Assembly: GCF_009914755.1 (NCBI RefSeq)
Contig: NC_060942.1
DNA length: 64,000 nt
Source of the DNA: the human T2T-CHM13v2.0 reference genome, Homo sapiens
Reading direction: 5' to 3' (one strand)
How positions within the stretch are numbered: the stretch's first letter is position 1; every line of letters begins with the position of its first letter. The translations under genes and the position numbers were made by a program. The notes beneath the pieces are model-generated. The model was not told where the DNA came from, did no database searches, and saw only the letters and a list, made by a program, of their open reading frames with translations. Positions 16,015 through 29,651 of the stretch are shown piece after piece.

Positions 16015-17419
16015 GGAGAGGATCAAAACACAATCCTTTATCTTCTAAACACCTTGACATATTGCCTACAGCCAAGAAGTTACATTGTTTTCAAGCATTT
16101 AAATGCCATTTCCACAAGTCTGCTCATACTGGGAAAGTGTATGTCCTCACCCCAAGGCCAGGCTGACACCCTGGTTCTCCTTTTTAGTCGAGTGAGTCTG
16201 TCTTTCTTTTTCTATTTTTTTGCATGACAGTTCTATGTAAAACATGGTCATGAAGGGACTTGTTAAATCATGGAGTCAGCTTTTAGGGCTAGAAAAATTG
16301 AGAGAAAATTTACCTTCAAAAAAGTAGGTTGTGGAAGCAATGATCACTAGAAATATTTTATGGAAAAACAAATCATGTTTCCTCTTTTGCACTGTGCACC
16401 CCTGAGGCTTCCGGCTTTGGTGTTGCTAAGGTTCTGAGAAGAATGCTGTTCTTAGCTGGTCATCGCTTTATATGCTTTGGAAATATTTTCCAATATTTGA
16501 ATGGCATCGTTTCATTAAGGCATAGGACACCGTGCCTGACTGGTCACATAAGAGCTTTTCTTCTTTAAGCAAGGAACCGAGAGGGGTGGAGATGAAATGA
16601 TTTTTTTCCTCCCATCTGGGGCTCAGAGTTGGACATGGCCTCTTTACTTCATCCGTGGCTGGGAAGAGGGGCACAGAACAGCAGAGGGAGGCGGTCAAAG
16701 CCCAGCCGTGCCGTCCCTGCCTCCAGCCCCGTGGTCCTTGTCCAGGACCTCACTCAGCCCGTGGGCCCTCTGCTTCCTCCCATCTGTGTGCGGGGCCACC
16801 CAGGGGGTCCCCGCTTCTGAGAATCCCTGGCAGGGCCCAGCATGGAGGCGTGTGGTCCAGGCATGGTGACGCGGTGCCGCAATCCTGCCTTATGGTGTGG
16901 AGGCCGCCTTCCTGGCCATCCCACAGTGCCTCCTCCTTCCTGGGCTCGGAGCACAGCTGACAGCCAACATGACCTCGACATGAGTTTGGGGAGAAGGAGC
17001 AGGGCGGTGGTGATGGCTCTGCTGAGAGGAGGCATCATGGTTGACAGGTGGAAAAGGAAGGTGCAATTAAATATTGACATTCACTGTATCCCAACCTGCT
17101 GTCTAGCTTGTCTGACACAAAAGCATATATTCACCGAGAGAGGAAATAAAATCTTCATTCAACTTCTGCTTCAAGGGACATCAGTTAAGCAAAAAATAAA
17201 ACAGCTTCAGGAAACATATTCATTTCCAGCAGTCTCAGGTGGAGAACTGAGGAACTGGAGTCTAGAGGCTTTTTCCTGATGAGTTCACACTGCAATGTGC
17301 CACCGAAACTCTAAAGCCCTTGTCTCAAGCCTACCTCTGAGTTTCATAAAACAAGTCAGATATATCTGCCCTCATAAGACATCTTCGCATTTGCCTGTTT
17401 TATAGAAAATATACATTGA

Positions 17420-17570
17420 GGCTGGGCATGGTGGTGCACACCTGTAATTGCTGCAGTTTGGAAAGCTGAGGTGGGAGGATCCCTTGAGCCCCAGGAGACT
17501 AAGGCTGCAGTGAGAAATGATTGCACCACTGCACTCCAGCCTGGAGACAGAGTGAGACTCCATCTCCACT
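17420..17570 (+). mobile_element. Alu right monomer (FRAM or AluJ right arm)
   Basis: Right-arm Alu sequence followed by an AT-rich tail. Probable TSD a(t/c)acattga. Confidence 0.85.
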
Positions 17571-17740
17571 AAAATATATATATATATAAAATATTATATT
17601 TATATATTATATATATAATATATATATAATATTATATTATATATATAATATATATATAATATTATATATATATAAAATTATATTTATATATTATATATAT
17701 AATATATTATTAAAAATATGTATATTCAGTGTATATATAC
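17571..17740. repeat. AT-rich (TA)n-like low-complexity tract
   Basis: About 150 bp almost purely A/T, with repeated tattatatatataatatatatataa units. Confidence 0.95.
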
Positions 17741-18819
17741 ACATACACATTGAATAAATGACACAGTGGGAATTAAGGAAGTTTGGGTGCCCCTAGCGCC
17801 TCCCAGGATGAAGGCTTTATCAATGAATTACTAAATGATTGTTCACGAAGTCTTCAACAATGGTCATTTGTAATTCACCCTCTCTTCCTATATGTGTGGT
17901 CCTTCAAGGCCGCTTTTTCCTGTTGTTACACTAGTGAGAGGGAACCGAACGGGCTCATATTCAGCTTAAGGCACAAGCGAACCCCGTTTGCCTTCAACCC
18001 TGAGACCCGCCTCCCAGCATGGCAGTTAGGGTGGCCCTTAAGGTCTCATTTGGCATCAAGGAGAGATTTCCAGTCTGCCAAGTTTTCACAGTGAGTGAAT
18101 CATTGTCTGAGAAAATGACCTCTGAATATACATATATGGGACTATTCAGAAGGGCTATGCAGCAGGATTCAGAGGAAAGACTATTAAAATTCCAGTGTAC
18201 ACCAGTAAATCTACAGTTTCATCATAAATTACAATCAGGAATCATTTTGTCTCATGGCCTCGCTCCCTGCGTGGGGAGGTGGTTTCAGTTCCAGGGCCAG
18301 CGAGGCGAATACGGTGCGGGGAGGGCTCTGAGAAAGGAACAGAACCCAAATCACTTTCCTTCTTTAGTTGACGAATCTCAGGGCTTAAAATGCTACAAAC
18401 AATTGAGATTGTAAATGTATCTCGTCTGTTTCTCTGAGCCTGCCTTCAGTCAACAAATGTTTTCTATTCACCAGCCTAAGAAGCAGCTTTGGTGCTGTCC
18501 CTTGCGGGATCCCACTTAGTTATCTTTTAGAGGAAATACCAAGGCATATTTCCCCCATTCCTGAAGTATAAGATGGTGTCACTAATACTGTGGCTTAGTA
18601 AAATGGGAAGAAATACACTGAGGATTCTGAAATCTTCCCTCAGCTGCCTTGAAGAATTGGGTCAATAACCTTTAGAGTGGTGAAGATGGCTCAGGAATAG
18701 ATTAATAGACTCACAAATTCTAGAACAAGAGAAGACTTCAAAGGTCGTAGGGCCCAGCCCTGTCTTTTGGAAGTCGAGTTACTAATTTTGTACTGAGATG
18801 GCGACTGAAACTCGGAGGA

Positions 18820-19110
18820 TTGTTTCTCTGCCTGGATCATACGGCAACGTCACCAGCACTGCCACTGCGCAGTGTTCAGAGAGCGCGAAGACCTCCATCA
18901 CCTTCTAGCTCAGTCGGGTCGCCTCGGCCTCCAGCTGCCGGGCCCTTGTGGAGTTTCTTCCCACGGATTTTTCATCCTCCCCAGCTCCCCAGGCCCCTTC
19001 TAAACCCTGTAATACACTGCAGGTTCTTCTGGCGCTCCCACCACCCGCCTGGCCTCCCTTCTCTGCCTCGAGGAGATTTGGCTGCGTATAGAGGAACAGG
19101 GAAGGTGAGT
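18820..19110 (+). promoter_or_regulatory. Candidate alternative first exon (CpG-enriched patch ending at a splice donor)
   Basis: Local CpG excess. Consensus donor AAG|GTGAGT with GT at 19105. Confidence 0.4.
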
Positions 19111-20208
19111 ATGCAGGGGACAGGTACCAGCTGTTTGCCATGGGTACCAGTGAGGGCACAGGAGGAAGTGAGTGCTGTGGTGGCTTTGGAGATTAGGTTA
19201 ATCATAAGGAAATAAATCCTGAGTCGTGGAGACTGTCAGGAAATCGTGTGCGTTGTTCAGGAAGATGGTGGAGTCTGTTCCTCTGGAAACACAAAACATC
19301 CACCTTAAAAATGTGGCGGCCTTACTTACCCAGAACAATTTTAGTGGGGTCTGGCCTGAAGTCAGGGGGTGGATTAGATGACCCCAGTCTCTTCTTGATT
19401 CTATTAAAAGATTTTCAGGGGATGAGGTTTCTACAGGCAATAGCACAGTCTAATGCTTAACAAATCTTTTGTTGAAGATTTTTAATACCATCTTTTCATC
19501 TGACCTAAATCTTTCGTGTGGAAGTTGAGCCATGTCCCCTGTGGAGAGGAAGAACGGAGGAGATCGAAATTCAGCCTTTAAAGTACCCAGTTAAATTTAG
19601 TGTTTCGAATTAGGGAGACTCAAGCATCAGCACCGAACTGGGTCACGTCATTTGATGTTTTCCGAGAGGAGGACACCACAGAAATCTGACTCTTGGTTCT
19701 GGTATCAGAGTCAAAGTCCCCCATACTCGAGGTTAATAAAGGGATTGGGAGGTGGGAGGGAAAGGGTGTGATTTCAGGTTTGTGGCAGTTACCACAAAAC
19801 CACTGCATTAATGCAAACCAGAATTAAAACCACATAGTATAAAATGTCATGCCCACACGTCTATTTGTCCAGCAAATCTCAAGGCAGCCAGCCCGAACCT
19901 GGGCACCCCAGTGGACTTGAAGACAGGTGAAGCCAAGCAACCTCAGAATGAGAACTTCCCCATTAATAACCTTTAAACATGACCTTTCATTAGCTTAACA
20001 AAACCTAAGAAATGCGCATGTATTCAAGAAAAGCAGTAAGTAAGATGAATTACTGTGTTTTAAGCCATAATGTTCAATTAATTAGTAATTTCCATCCAGC
20101 CTGCTGCCTGACTCATAATGAGCATTCTCTAGTCTAAATAAAGTGGAGACTGCTTAGTTACAGAGCATTTTATTTCGCTTCCTTTTATTTCAACTTAAAG
20201 AAGGGTTC

Positions 20209-20568
<360 letters not shown>

Positions 20569-20837
20569 TAATGTTTTTAAAAGGCTGACTACTGTGTATT
20601 TTTAACCCTTTTTAATTATTACCATTTTTCAGAAGTAGTTCACTAAGACTTTGTAAGAAGGTGCAAGTGGCTTTCATGCCATAATACCAGGTCAAAACAC
20701 ATATGGGGGAGCCTTAATTTTCTTTTATGTGAGGAAAGCCCTCCCTTTGGGGAGGAAAGAAGGCTGACTTCTGAAAGCCAAAGCTACAATGGGAAGAAAC
20801 ACTTTGTTAGCTGGGAGTGAGGAGCCAGCGAAAACGA

Positions 20838-22708
20838 CACCAGAGAATCCTTCTTCCCACACACGTCCCGCCGTGGACACTGGAGAATCCCTCTTGCCAC
20901 ACGTGTCCCACTGTGGACACTGGAGAATCCTTCTGCCCACACACGTCCCGCCATGGACACTGGAGAATCCTTCTCGCCATACACGTCCTGCTGTGGACAC
21001 TGGAGAATCCTTCTGCCCACACAAGTCCTGCCGTGGACACTGGAGAATCCTTCTCCACACATGTCTCGCCATGGACACTGGAGAATCCTTCTCGCCATAC
21101 ACGTCCTGCTGTGGACACTGGAGAATCCTTCTGCCCACACAAGTCCTGCCGTGGACACTGGAGAATCCTTCTCGCCACACACGTCCCTCTGTGGACACTG
21201 GAGAATCCTTCTCCACACACACGTCCTGCCGTGGACACTGGAGAATCCTTCTCCACACACACGTCCTGCCGTGGACACTGGAGAATCCTTTTCCACACAC
21301 ACGTCCCACTGTGGACACTGGAGAATCCTTCTGCCCACACACATGTCCTGCCGTGGACACTGGAGAATCCTTCTCCCCACACACATCCCGCCGTGGACAC
21401 TGGAGAATCCTCCCCACATACGTCCCCAGCCATAGACACTGGAGAATCCTTCTCGCCACACACATCCCGCCGTGGACACTGGAGAATCCTTTTCCACACA
21501 CACGTCCCGCCGTGGACACTGGAGAATCCTTCTTGACACACGTGTCCCACTGTGGACACTGGAGAATCCTTCTCGCCACACACGTCCCACTGTGGACACT
21601 GGAGAATCCTTCTCCCCACACACGTCCTGCTGTGGACACTGGAGAATCCTTCTTGCCACACGTGTCCCACTGTGGACACTGGAGAATCCTTTTCCCCACA
21701 CACGTCCTGCTGTGGACACTGGAGAATCCTTCTTGCCACACGTGTCCCACTGTGGACACTGGAGAATCCTTCTGCCCACACACATCCCGCCGTGGACACT
21801 GGAGAATCCTTCTCCCCACACACGTCCCGCCGTGGACACTGGAGAATCCTCCCCACACATGTCCCCAGCCGTAGACACTGGAGAATCCTTCTCGCCACAC
21901 ACGTCCCGCCGTGGACACTGGAGAATCCTTCTCGCCACACACGTCCCACCGTGGACACCGGAGAATCCTTCTCGCCATACATGTCCTGCTGTGGACACTG
22001 GAGAATCCATCTCCACACACGTCCCGCCGTGGACACTGGAGAATCCTTCTTGCCACACACGTCCTGCCGTGGACACCGGAGAATCCTTCTCGCCATACAC
22101 ATCCTGCCGTGGACACTGGAGAATCCTTCTCACCACACACGTCCCGCCGTGGACTCTGGAGAATCCTTCTACTCACACACACGTCGCGCCGTGGACACTG
22201 GAGAATCCTTCTACTCACACACATCCCGCTGTGGATACTGGAGAATCCTTCTCGCCACACACTTCCCACCGTGGACACTGGAGAATCCTTCTCGCCACAC
22301 ATGTCCTTTCGTGGACACTGGAGAATCCTTCTACTCACACACGTCCCGCCGTGGATACTGGAGAATCCTTGCCACACACGTCCTGCCGTGGACACTGGAG
22401 AATCCTTCTCGCCACACACTTCCCACCATGGACACTGGAGAATCCTTCTCGCCACACACGTCCTGCCGTGGACACTGGAGAATCCTTCTACTCACACACG
22501 TCCTGCTGTGGATACTGGAGAATCCTTCTCGCCGCACACGTCCTGCCATGGACACCGGAGAATCCATCTCCACACATGTCCCGCCGTGGACACTGGAGAA
22601 TCCTTTTTGCCACACACGTCCAGCCGTGGACACTGGAGAATCCATCTCCACACACGTATCCTGCTGTGGACACTGGAGAATCCTTCTGCCCACACACGTC
22701 CTGCTGTG
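20838..22708. repeat. GC-rich minisatellite (VNTR), 40-bp unit, about 47 copies
   Basis: Consensus gtggacactggagaatccttctcgccacacacgtcccgcc. I counted 47 gagaatcc cores spaced 37-42 bp apart. Confidence 0.98.
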
Positions 22709-25700
22709 AAAACCTCCACGCTCCCTTTCCGTTTTTGCTCTCAGCTGTCCTTCCAGTATGCTGCTTGGGTCAAGCAGCCGCATCTCCACTGTCCTAATGA
22801 CAAAAGACACCAGCACTGTCTCACTTCCTTTCCTCCTCCTCTCCAGAGTGTTACCTTCCTGATTGACAGGGACTTTCGGTTTTCTATTTAGAAGCACATG
22901 TTTGGTGCAGACATGTTGTCCAAGACTTGACATTGGGAAATGTTGGGAATAATCTGAAACTCCTTACAATGTGATGTTTTGGTGATTAAAAAAAAATGTT
23001 TAGGAAAGGTTGCTAGGCTTTAAAAATATATATATTTTGCTAACCTCATGGAGTCACTGTGCAGACCCTCTCAGCAGCTAGCCAGGCTGGCCTGGCCCTG
23101 ACGGCCCGGGAATAGCAGCTGTCTTGTGACTTCCCACAGCAGGCACATTGCGTCGTCTCTCAAAGTCCCTCCTCTGGAGCGCCTCCTCTGCCCGTGGGGC
23201 TGTGCGGGACAGTGGCCGCGTCTCTGTCTCATTGCAGGACAGCACTGGGTCTTAGGTGCTTTTTCATGTTGTCCACACCTAACGCTGCTGCTCCCCGGGG
23301 CCCAGTTTTGAAACTGCCCTTTGGCATCATGCTTTCCCGCCCCTCCTGGGAGCAGCGCCTGTGGGAGGGCAGCGTTATTCCCAGCTCCTCAGAGAGGAGA
23401 CCACATCCATGGCAGTGTGTGACTGTCCCTTTCGGCGGTCCTTTGTGAAGCCCGCGGGAAGTTCTGCATTCAGTTCCTGACTCCCAGAAAAACGTCCTGT
23501 CTTTTGAACTGAAAGGAGGCTGATGTCAGAGCCTCGTTGAGTAACAATGGAGAAAATCTACATCAGAGGAAAGAAGCCCTGAGCTGCTTTAAATGCTTCT
23601 GTAAGATGATATGCCACAACACGAATGTGGATTGTTGACAGTAACCACAGAGACGAGATCATCGAGGGAACCAGCTGGGAGTTTGTGAGGCCATAAAACA
23701 CATCATCAAAAATATGGTGAAGCAAATTCAGAATTGGTTTTTAGAAAGGAGAAGGAACCATTGGCAATCTGACCCATAAATTATTCTACATTTTCAAATA
23801 TTATAACTAGGAAGGTCGCTTCAAGGAGCCTTCAAGCCCCTCATGCCCACCCGCCCCAAACCCATTGTCACTGCTAGGTCCCAGATTTACAGCCACCTGG
23901 AGAGGAAGTTGCAGGGGGTCTCTGTGCAGCTGAGGATGATGGAAGGGATTGCAGAAGGCTGGTGCTGTAACTGTTGTTAGCGGGAGATTGAGGCCGGGGG
24001 GTGGAGTAGGGGCTACTTTCTTCCCCCTGCACCTGCTATCATGATTTCAGCAAAACCTTGCCTTTCTCCTCTTCAATCTTAAATAGGTACAGTGGCTGAG
24101 TATTAATATTAATGAGCATAATAACAATAATAAAACTGGCAGCATCAAATGAATGTGGTCTCCTGCAGTAGAAATATTTACCCGATGTGTCCTGCCAGTG
24201 AGAGAGATTTTGGCATTAAACCTAGACATTACCTCATCCTCCTGGGCAGACAGCCGATTGCCATGCTAAGCAAGTCTGCGCCGAGAAGAGCTGAGTACCT
24301 GCCGACGGCTGCATGGCCCAGACCCCAGGGAACACAGTTTCCTTGAGCCTGTCTGTCTGTCTGTCTGTCTGGGTCTCACCCTTAATTCCTTTCTTTCTCT
24401 TTCCCTCCTCCGGAGGTTGGCATTGTGTATTTTCAAATTGTGTTGCTTTTTTTTTTGCAGAATCTTGTAGGGTGTGTTGTGAAAAGTCTGCCAGCCAGGT
24501 GGGTGGGTATTATTAATAATCCATAGAAACCCGAGGGGTCCGGAGTGAGAGGAGAAACATGACGTGCCTGTGTGTGCACAGGACGCCTGACACTCGCTCA
24601 CACACGCATGTCCCTCTCTCTGAGAGCCAGGGAATGGGGTGGGGGTTGGTTTGGTTTAATGCATGATAAAAACAGGGGCATTCTGTAATAACAGAGCTTT
24701 CATTTCAAGATTCTTAACAACTAAAATAATATTTTGAAACATTTGGAATTGTACTAGAAATGTGTGTTTGATATGTTCAACCTAAGAAAACATCACACTT
24801 AAAATGCTTTTACTCCACTGGCTTCAGACCTCTTTGAAATTGGTGCCTACACAGCTGAGAAGTCCGGGTAGGTGCCGTAGGCAAATTGAGGGGAGAAAGT
24901 GACATCTTGTGTAACGCTGCAAATTCGCGGAAGGCTTTGAACCGTCACCAGAGTAGCAAATACTCATTGTGAAAGTTTTTGCAATGAGGTACGGAAAACC
25001 ATTTCAGCTGCTCTGATTGTCAGCTCTCCTGTGTTTTCTTTAGCTCCTGACTTAAAGTTACGTGTCCTGTCAGTTTTGATACTCTTACTACTTAGTGCTT
25101 TAGGTTTTATCAGCTGGTGCCACATCTTTTAAAATTCTGTCCCACTAGCCTCTGTGCTGGTCCTGACCGATTCACCAGCTCTTGGGACTGTGTCCAGATG
25201 CCTTTTGTGATGCCTCTTTTCTAAAATGCTTTTATTTGGGTTTAAGATGTACTAATTCTTTCACACACCCATAGCTGAATACCAAATATTGGTATGCATA
25301 CTACCAAACTTTTGTGTATGAAGTTCGTACAAGGCACTAAGTCATTTAAAACATTTTAATTGTGTGCTGAGCTCGTAAGTGTACAATATGACTGTCTAGT
25401 AAATTCTTAATTATTTGTCGACTCTTTATCGAAGAAAAAAGTAAGTAGGGGAAAAGATAAAGGAGCATCCAGCCGGTGGCAAAGGAACAAGCCGTGTAGC
25501 TCTGCTTCTCACCCACTCTCAGCTAGCTTGGGCCACGGCTGCCTGAAGTGACACCAAACAGGAACCCCACTGGGAGGACTGTACGGGCCACACCCATGGA
25601 CGTGATCTGTCTATGAAACAGGTCTTCTCAGTGCTTCGGGGTGAATTTTGACTTCTCCTGAGCCATCCTCAGAGCACAGCTGGTGGGGAACTTCACCCGT

Positions 25701-26799
25701 CTGGTCACTCCTGAAGCAGTCTGGCTGGCAGCCACAGGCTGGGATCCCAGTTGTTGGAGGTCAGTGCACACAGCGGCTATCTGCTGTAGCAGAAAGAATT
25801 TAGGGGAGGAAAGGCTTGAGAAGGAAGGGCAAGAGAGAGCAGACTTTGTGGCATCAGTCAGGTATATGTGCTTGTATTAACATGAACCTGAGAGGCTGAT
25901 GGTATTACATGGAATTCCAAGTTTCGACTGCATGAATTCTGTCTCTTGTGGTTTATCTATGGCCACCATCAACCGATGTTGTGTGATAAAACGTTTAAAG
26001 TATGTACAACTGAAAGTGGAGATGGATACTAGGGGCATTTAACGTTTTAAGCTTTCCTCCAGGGTTTTTTCCTCAGTTACATGGAGGATGGCCCTAGGTA
26101 CTAACTGTTGGAAATGGCAGCATTGAAAAGTGCAGCACTTTCTGCTTCAGCAGCATCTCAATTCTGCGCAGCCTTTGAAAATCCTTTTCTACAGATAGCA
26201 GGCAACCTGCCATTGTTCCCAGCCGGCAGCGTGGTCCCTGCCACCAGGTGCTTGAACAAACGGCCATGTGTATGAGGGTCCCTTCTCCTAAGTAAAATTA
26301 CCCTAAAGACTCTAAACGAGAATGGAGACTTTGAAAAAATCTTCTGTATTTTTCTATTTTAATTATCAAGTAGGGGAAACAGATCTGAAGGGGAAAGAGG
26401 AGAGAGGACCAGAAGGGGGCTTCCTTGCTGTGCAGGAGACCTGTGGATCCAGTGGAAAGCAGCCCCATGTGAGATGAAATTATCACAGGGGCGGGATGTG
26501 CCAGAGGGGAAGCAGGCAGCCCAGGCATGTGTGCGTGGATGTGGAGCCCCTTTCTGAAGTGAGTTTGGTTTTATTTTGGGCAGGCCTCATAGGCTGTACA
26601 TCTGGCAGGAGATGAGAAAGGAAAGACTGGCTCTTGTTTTAAAAAAAAAAAAACTAAGTAAAAAATAATTATTTAAAAATGACTCAAAAGAAATAATTAT
26701 GAGACTAGTTATGATAGAGTAAAATGATTTGTTCATTTTCCAGATTTTATGTAACATGGATATACTATATTTAAAGATTTATTTTTTTAATAACATTAC

Positions 26800-27045
26800 T
26801 AATGATAGGCAAGGCTCATATAGTACATAATACATGCCAGGCGCTTTGTAGAAATGAACTCATGTAGTCCTCCTCACAGCTCTATAAAGTTAGCATAATT
26901 ACTGTCTCCACCCTAGAGGTGAGGGAGAGAGGCTCACGCAAGTCACATATCTCGCCTTGAATCACCCAAGTGGTAAGCAGTGGAGCCAAGAACTGAGCTG
27001 GGCAATCTGGCCCCAGAGTCTGTTCGCTGACCCCCATGCTACACC
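26800..27045 (-). mobile_element. MIR (near full length)
   Basis: catgccaggcgctttg...gtgagggagagaggctca...gtaagcagtggagccaagaactga...ctggccccagagtc. Confidence 0.75.
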
Positions 27046-27197
27046 CCCTCTCAAAAACAGAGACTTGGACACCAGATCCAAATTCAAACAAGACAGTTCC
27101 CTGCTTTTATCAACCTAAAGCATTACTAATGGGTTGCTCCGGTTCACAGGTGTGGCATTCACAGTGGCATTCTCCAGATGAAGACCATGGCTTTTAA

Positions 27198-27605
<408 letters not shown>

Positions 27606-28380
27606 TAGAATACACACTTTCTCTTCCGAGAGAGGCATGGGTGTGGCTTATACTGCCAGCTGTTGGTTGATAACCCTGTGCCGCCATTCCCACAGACATA
27701 CCCCACTATTGTCCTTGCTGTTTGTGATGGATTCTGATTTGGGAATATCCACCCTTAGTAAGAAGCTTCACCTTCCCACTAGAGGACACATGCACCGACC
27801 AGGGGTGGATGGAGAGGGTGGCTTGAGTCTGGAGACCTGGAATCCAGCACTGCCATGAGGATGGGGACGGGGATGGGGATCTCAGGGGTTGCCATCCATT
27901 GTCCCCACACCAGACGATGTGCCAGCATTGTCCCTGGCATGCTGTGGGGGCTCTAAGAGATGGTGATTCCTTCTGAATAAGGAAATATAAAAATGTCTCT
28001 TAATTCCCCTAGGCAGTAGGAGCTGGTTACCCACAAGCGAAGCCTCAGTTAGATTCTCCCAGCAGAGAAAAGGAGATCTTCAGGCTAGTCCCAATAGGAA
28101 CCGAACTAAGCAGAAGAACTTTGTACTTGGATGCTGGAGATGATACTGCGTATCTAATGCTCACGACTCTCACTTTGCACAGTAATGTGGGACCATAAAA
28201 ATGGCCCTGTGAATTGAAACCATGCAAAGTGATGTTAATAGCAGGAAAAATTATAATTGCTGCCCTGACCTTTAAGCATATTTTTGGTCACAGCATTAAA
28301 AACTTTTCTACCATCAATTGTAAATGCATAGGGAAATGGCAAGTGATAGTAGAACTGGTATTTACTTAGCATACTAATAA

Positions 28381-28711
<331 letters not shown>

Positions 28712-29080
28712 CTAGCAACCTTGAGAATGGAAGCATGCTGTTTCTTGGTGAGACTGATCCCTAGTGGTCTGAGCGGTGCCACCTCCTCTCATCCTGTCAC
28801 CTGCAGTGTGGGGTGAGCAGAGCAGCCTTCCTGCACTGCACGAGCTGTCACACTCCCTCCTCAGTGTGGATCCATTTCCCACTTGTTCTCCTGTGTGCTC
28901 TCAGCGTTATAAAGTATCTCCAAGAGTTTCTTTAATGTGAACTTGTTTCCTGGCATTGCTTCCTCCAGGCCGTCTTTGTCCCGTTCCTTATAGCCACTTT
29001 CCTCCTAAGCTCACCTTCCCCTGGGCGTGACAGGAGTCTCACTGCAGCCTGGCCACCAACCTGCGGGCAGCTGTTTCCTC

Positions 29081-29244
29081 TTTTATTTTTTTTATTATTA
29101 TACTTTAAGTTCTAGGGTACATGTGCATAACATGCAGGTTTGTTACATATGTGTACATGTGCCATGTTGGTGTGCCGCACCCATTAACTCGTCATTTACA
29201 TTAGGTATATCTCCTAATGCCATCCCTCCCCCTCCCCCCACCCC
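29081..29244 (-). mobile_element. 5'-truncated L1PA 3' end (L1PA4/5-like)
   Basis: ttattatactttaagttctagggtacatgtgc...cattaactcgtcatttacattaggtatatctcctaatgc. TSD cagctgtttc. Confidence 0.93.
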
Positions 29245-29441
29245 AGCTGTTTCTTCTATAACTCCGTTTACGGTAGGCTTGAATTTCACTTCCAGCAGGA
29301 CTTTTTATTTCTTTGCTGCACTTTTATCTTTGTTGGTGGTTTTCCTCTTTTGATGACCTGTTTTTATAAACATCACATACATTTACCCCTGGGTGACAGG
29401 GACCAACACAGCTACATACTTTGCATTCTGTACATGAAAAA

Positions 29442-29651
29442 CAGCAGGTTATCCAGAAGCTCTAGCTAAGATCACTGATGAAGGTGGCTGCACTAAACAA
29501 CAGATTTTCACTGTAGATGGAATAGCCCTCTATTGGAAGAAGATGCCATGTAGGATTTTCATAGCTGGAGAGGTCAATGCCTGGCCTCACAGCTTCAAAG
29601 GACAGGCTAAATTTCTCATTAGGGGCTAATGCAGCTGGTGACTTTAAATTG
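29442..29651 (+). repeat. 210-bp copy of Tigger1 segment 31180-31389
   Basis: Ungapped alignment with 9 mismatches in 210 bp. Confidence 0.95.

Noticed and set aside
20838-22708. CRISPR array (constant palindromic core alternating with a variable part)
   Set aside because: The variable parts are near-identical point variants of one sequence rather than unique spacers. There are no cas genes and the context is primate genomic DNA.
20725-22933. Protein-coding gene or zinc-finger-like protein from the 200-576 aa ORFs
   Set aside because: ORFs are open on both strands and in all frames because the 40-bp unit lacks stops. The HTGE-like DTGE and the Cys/His content do not form C2H2 spacing. Kept only as a speculative finding.
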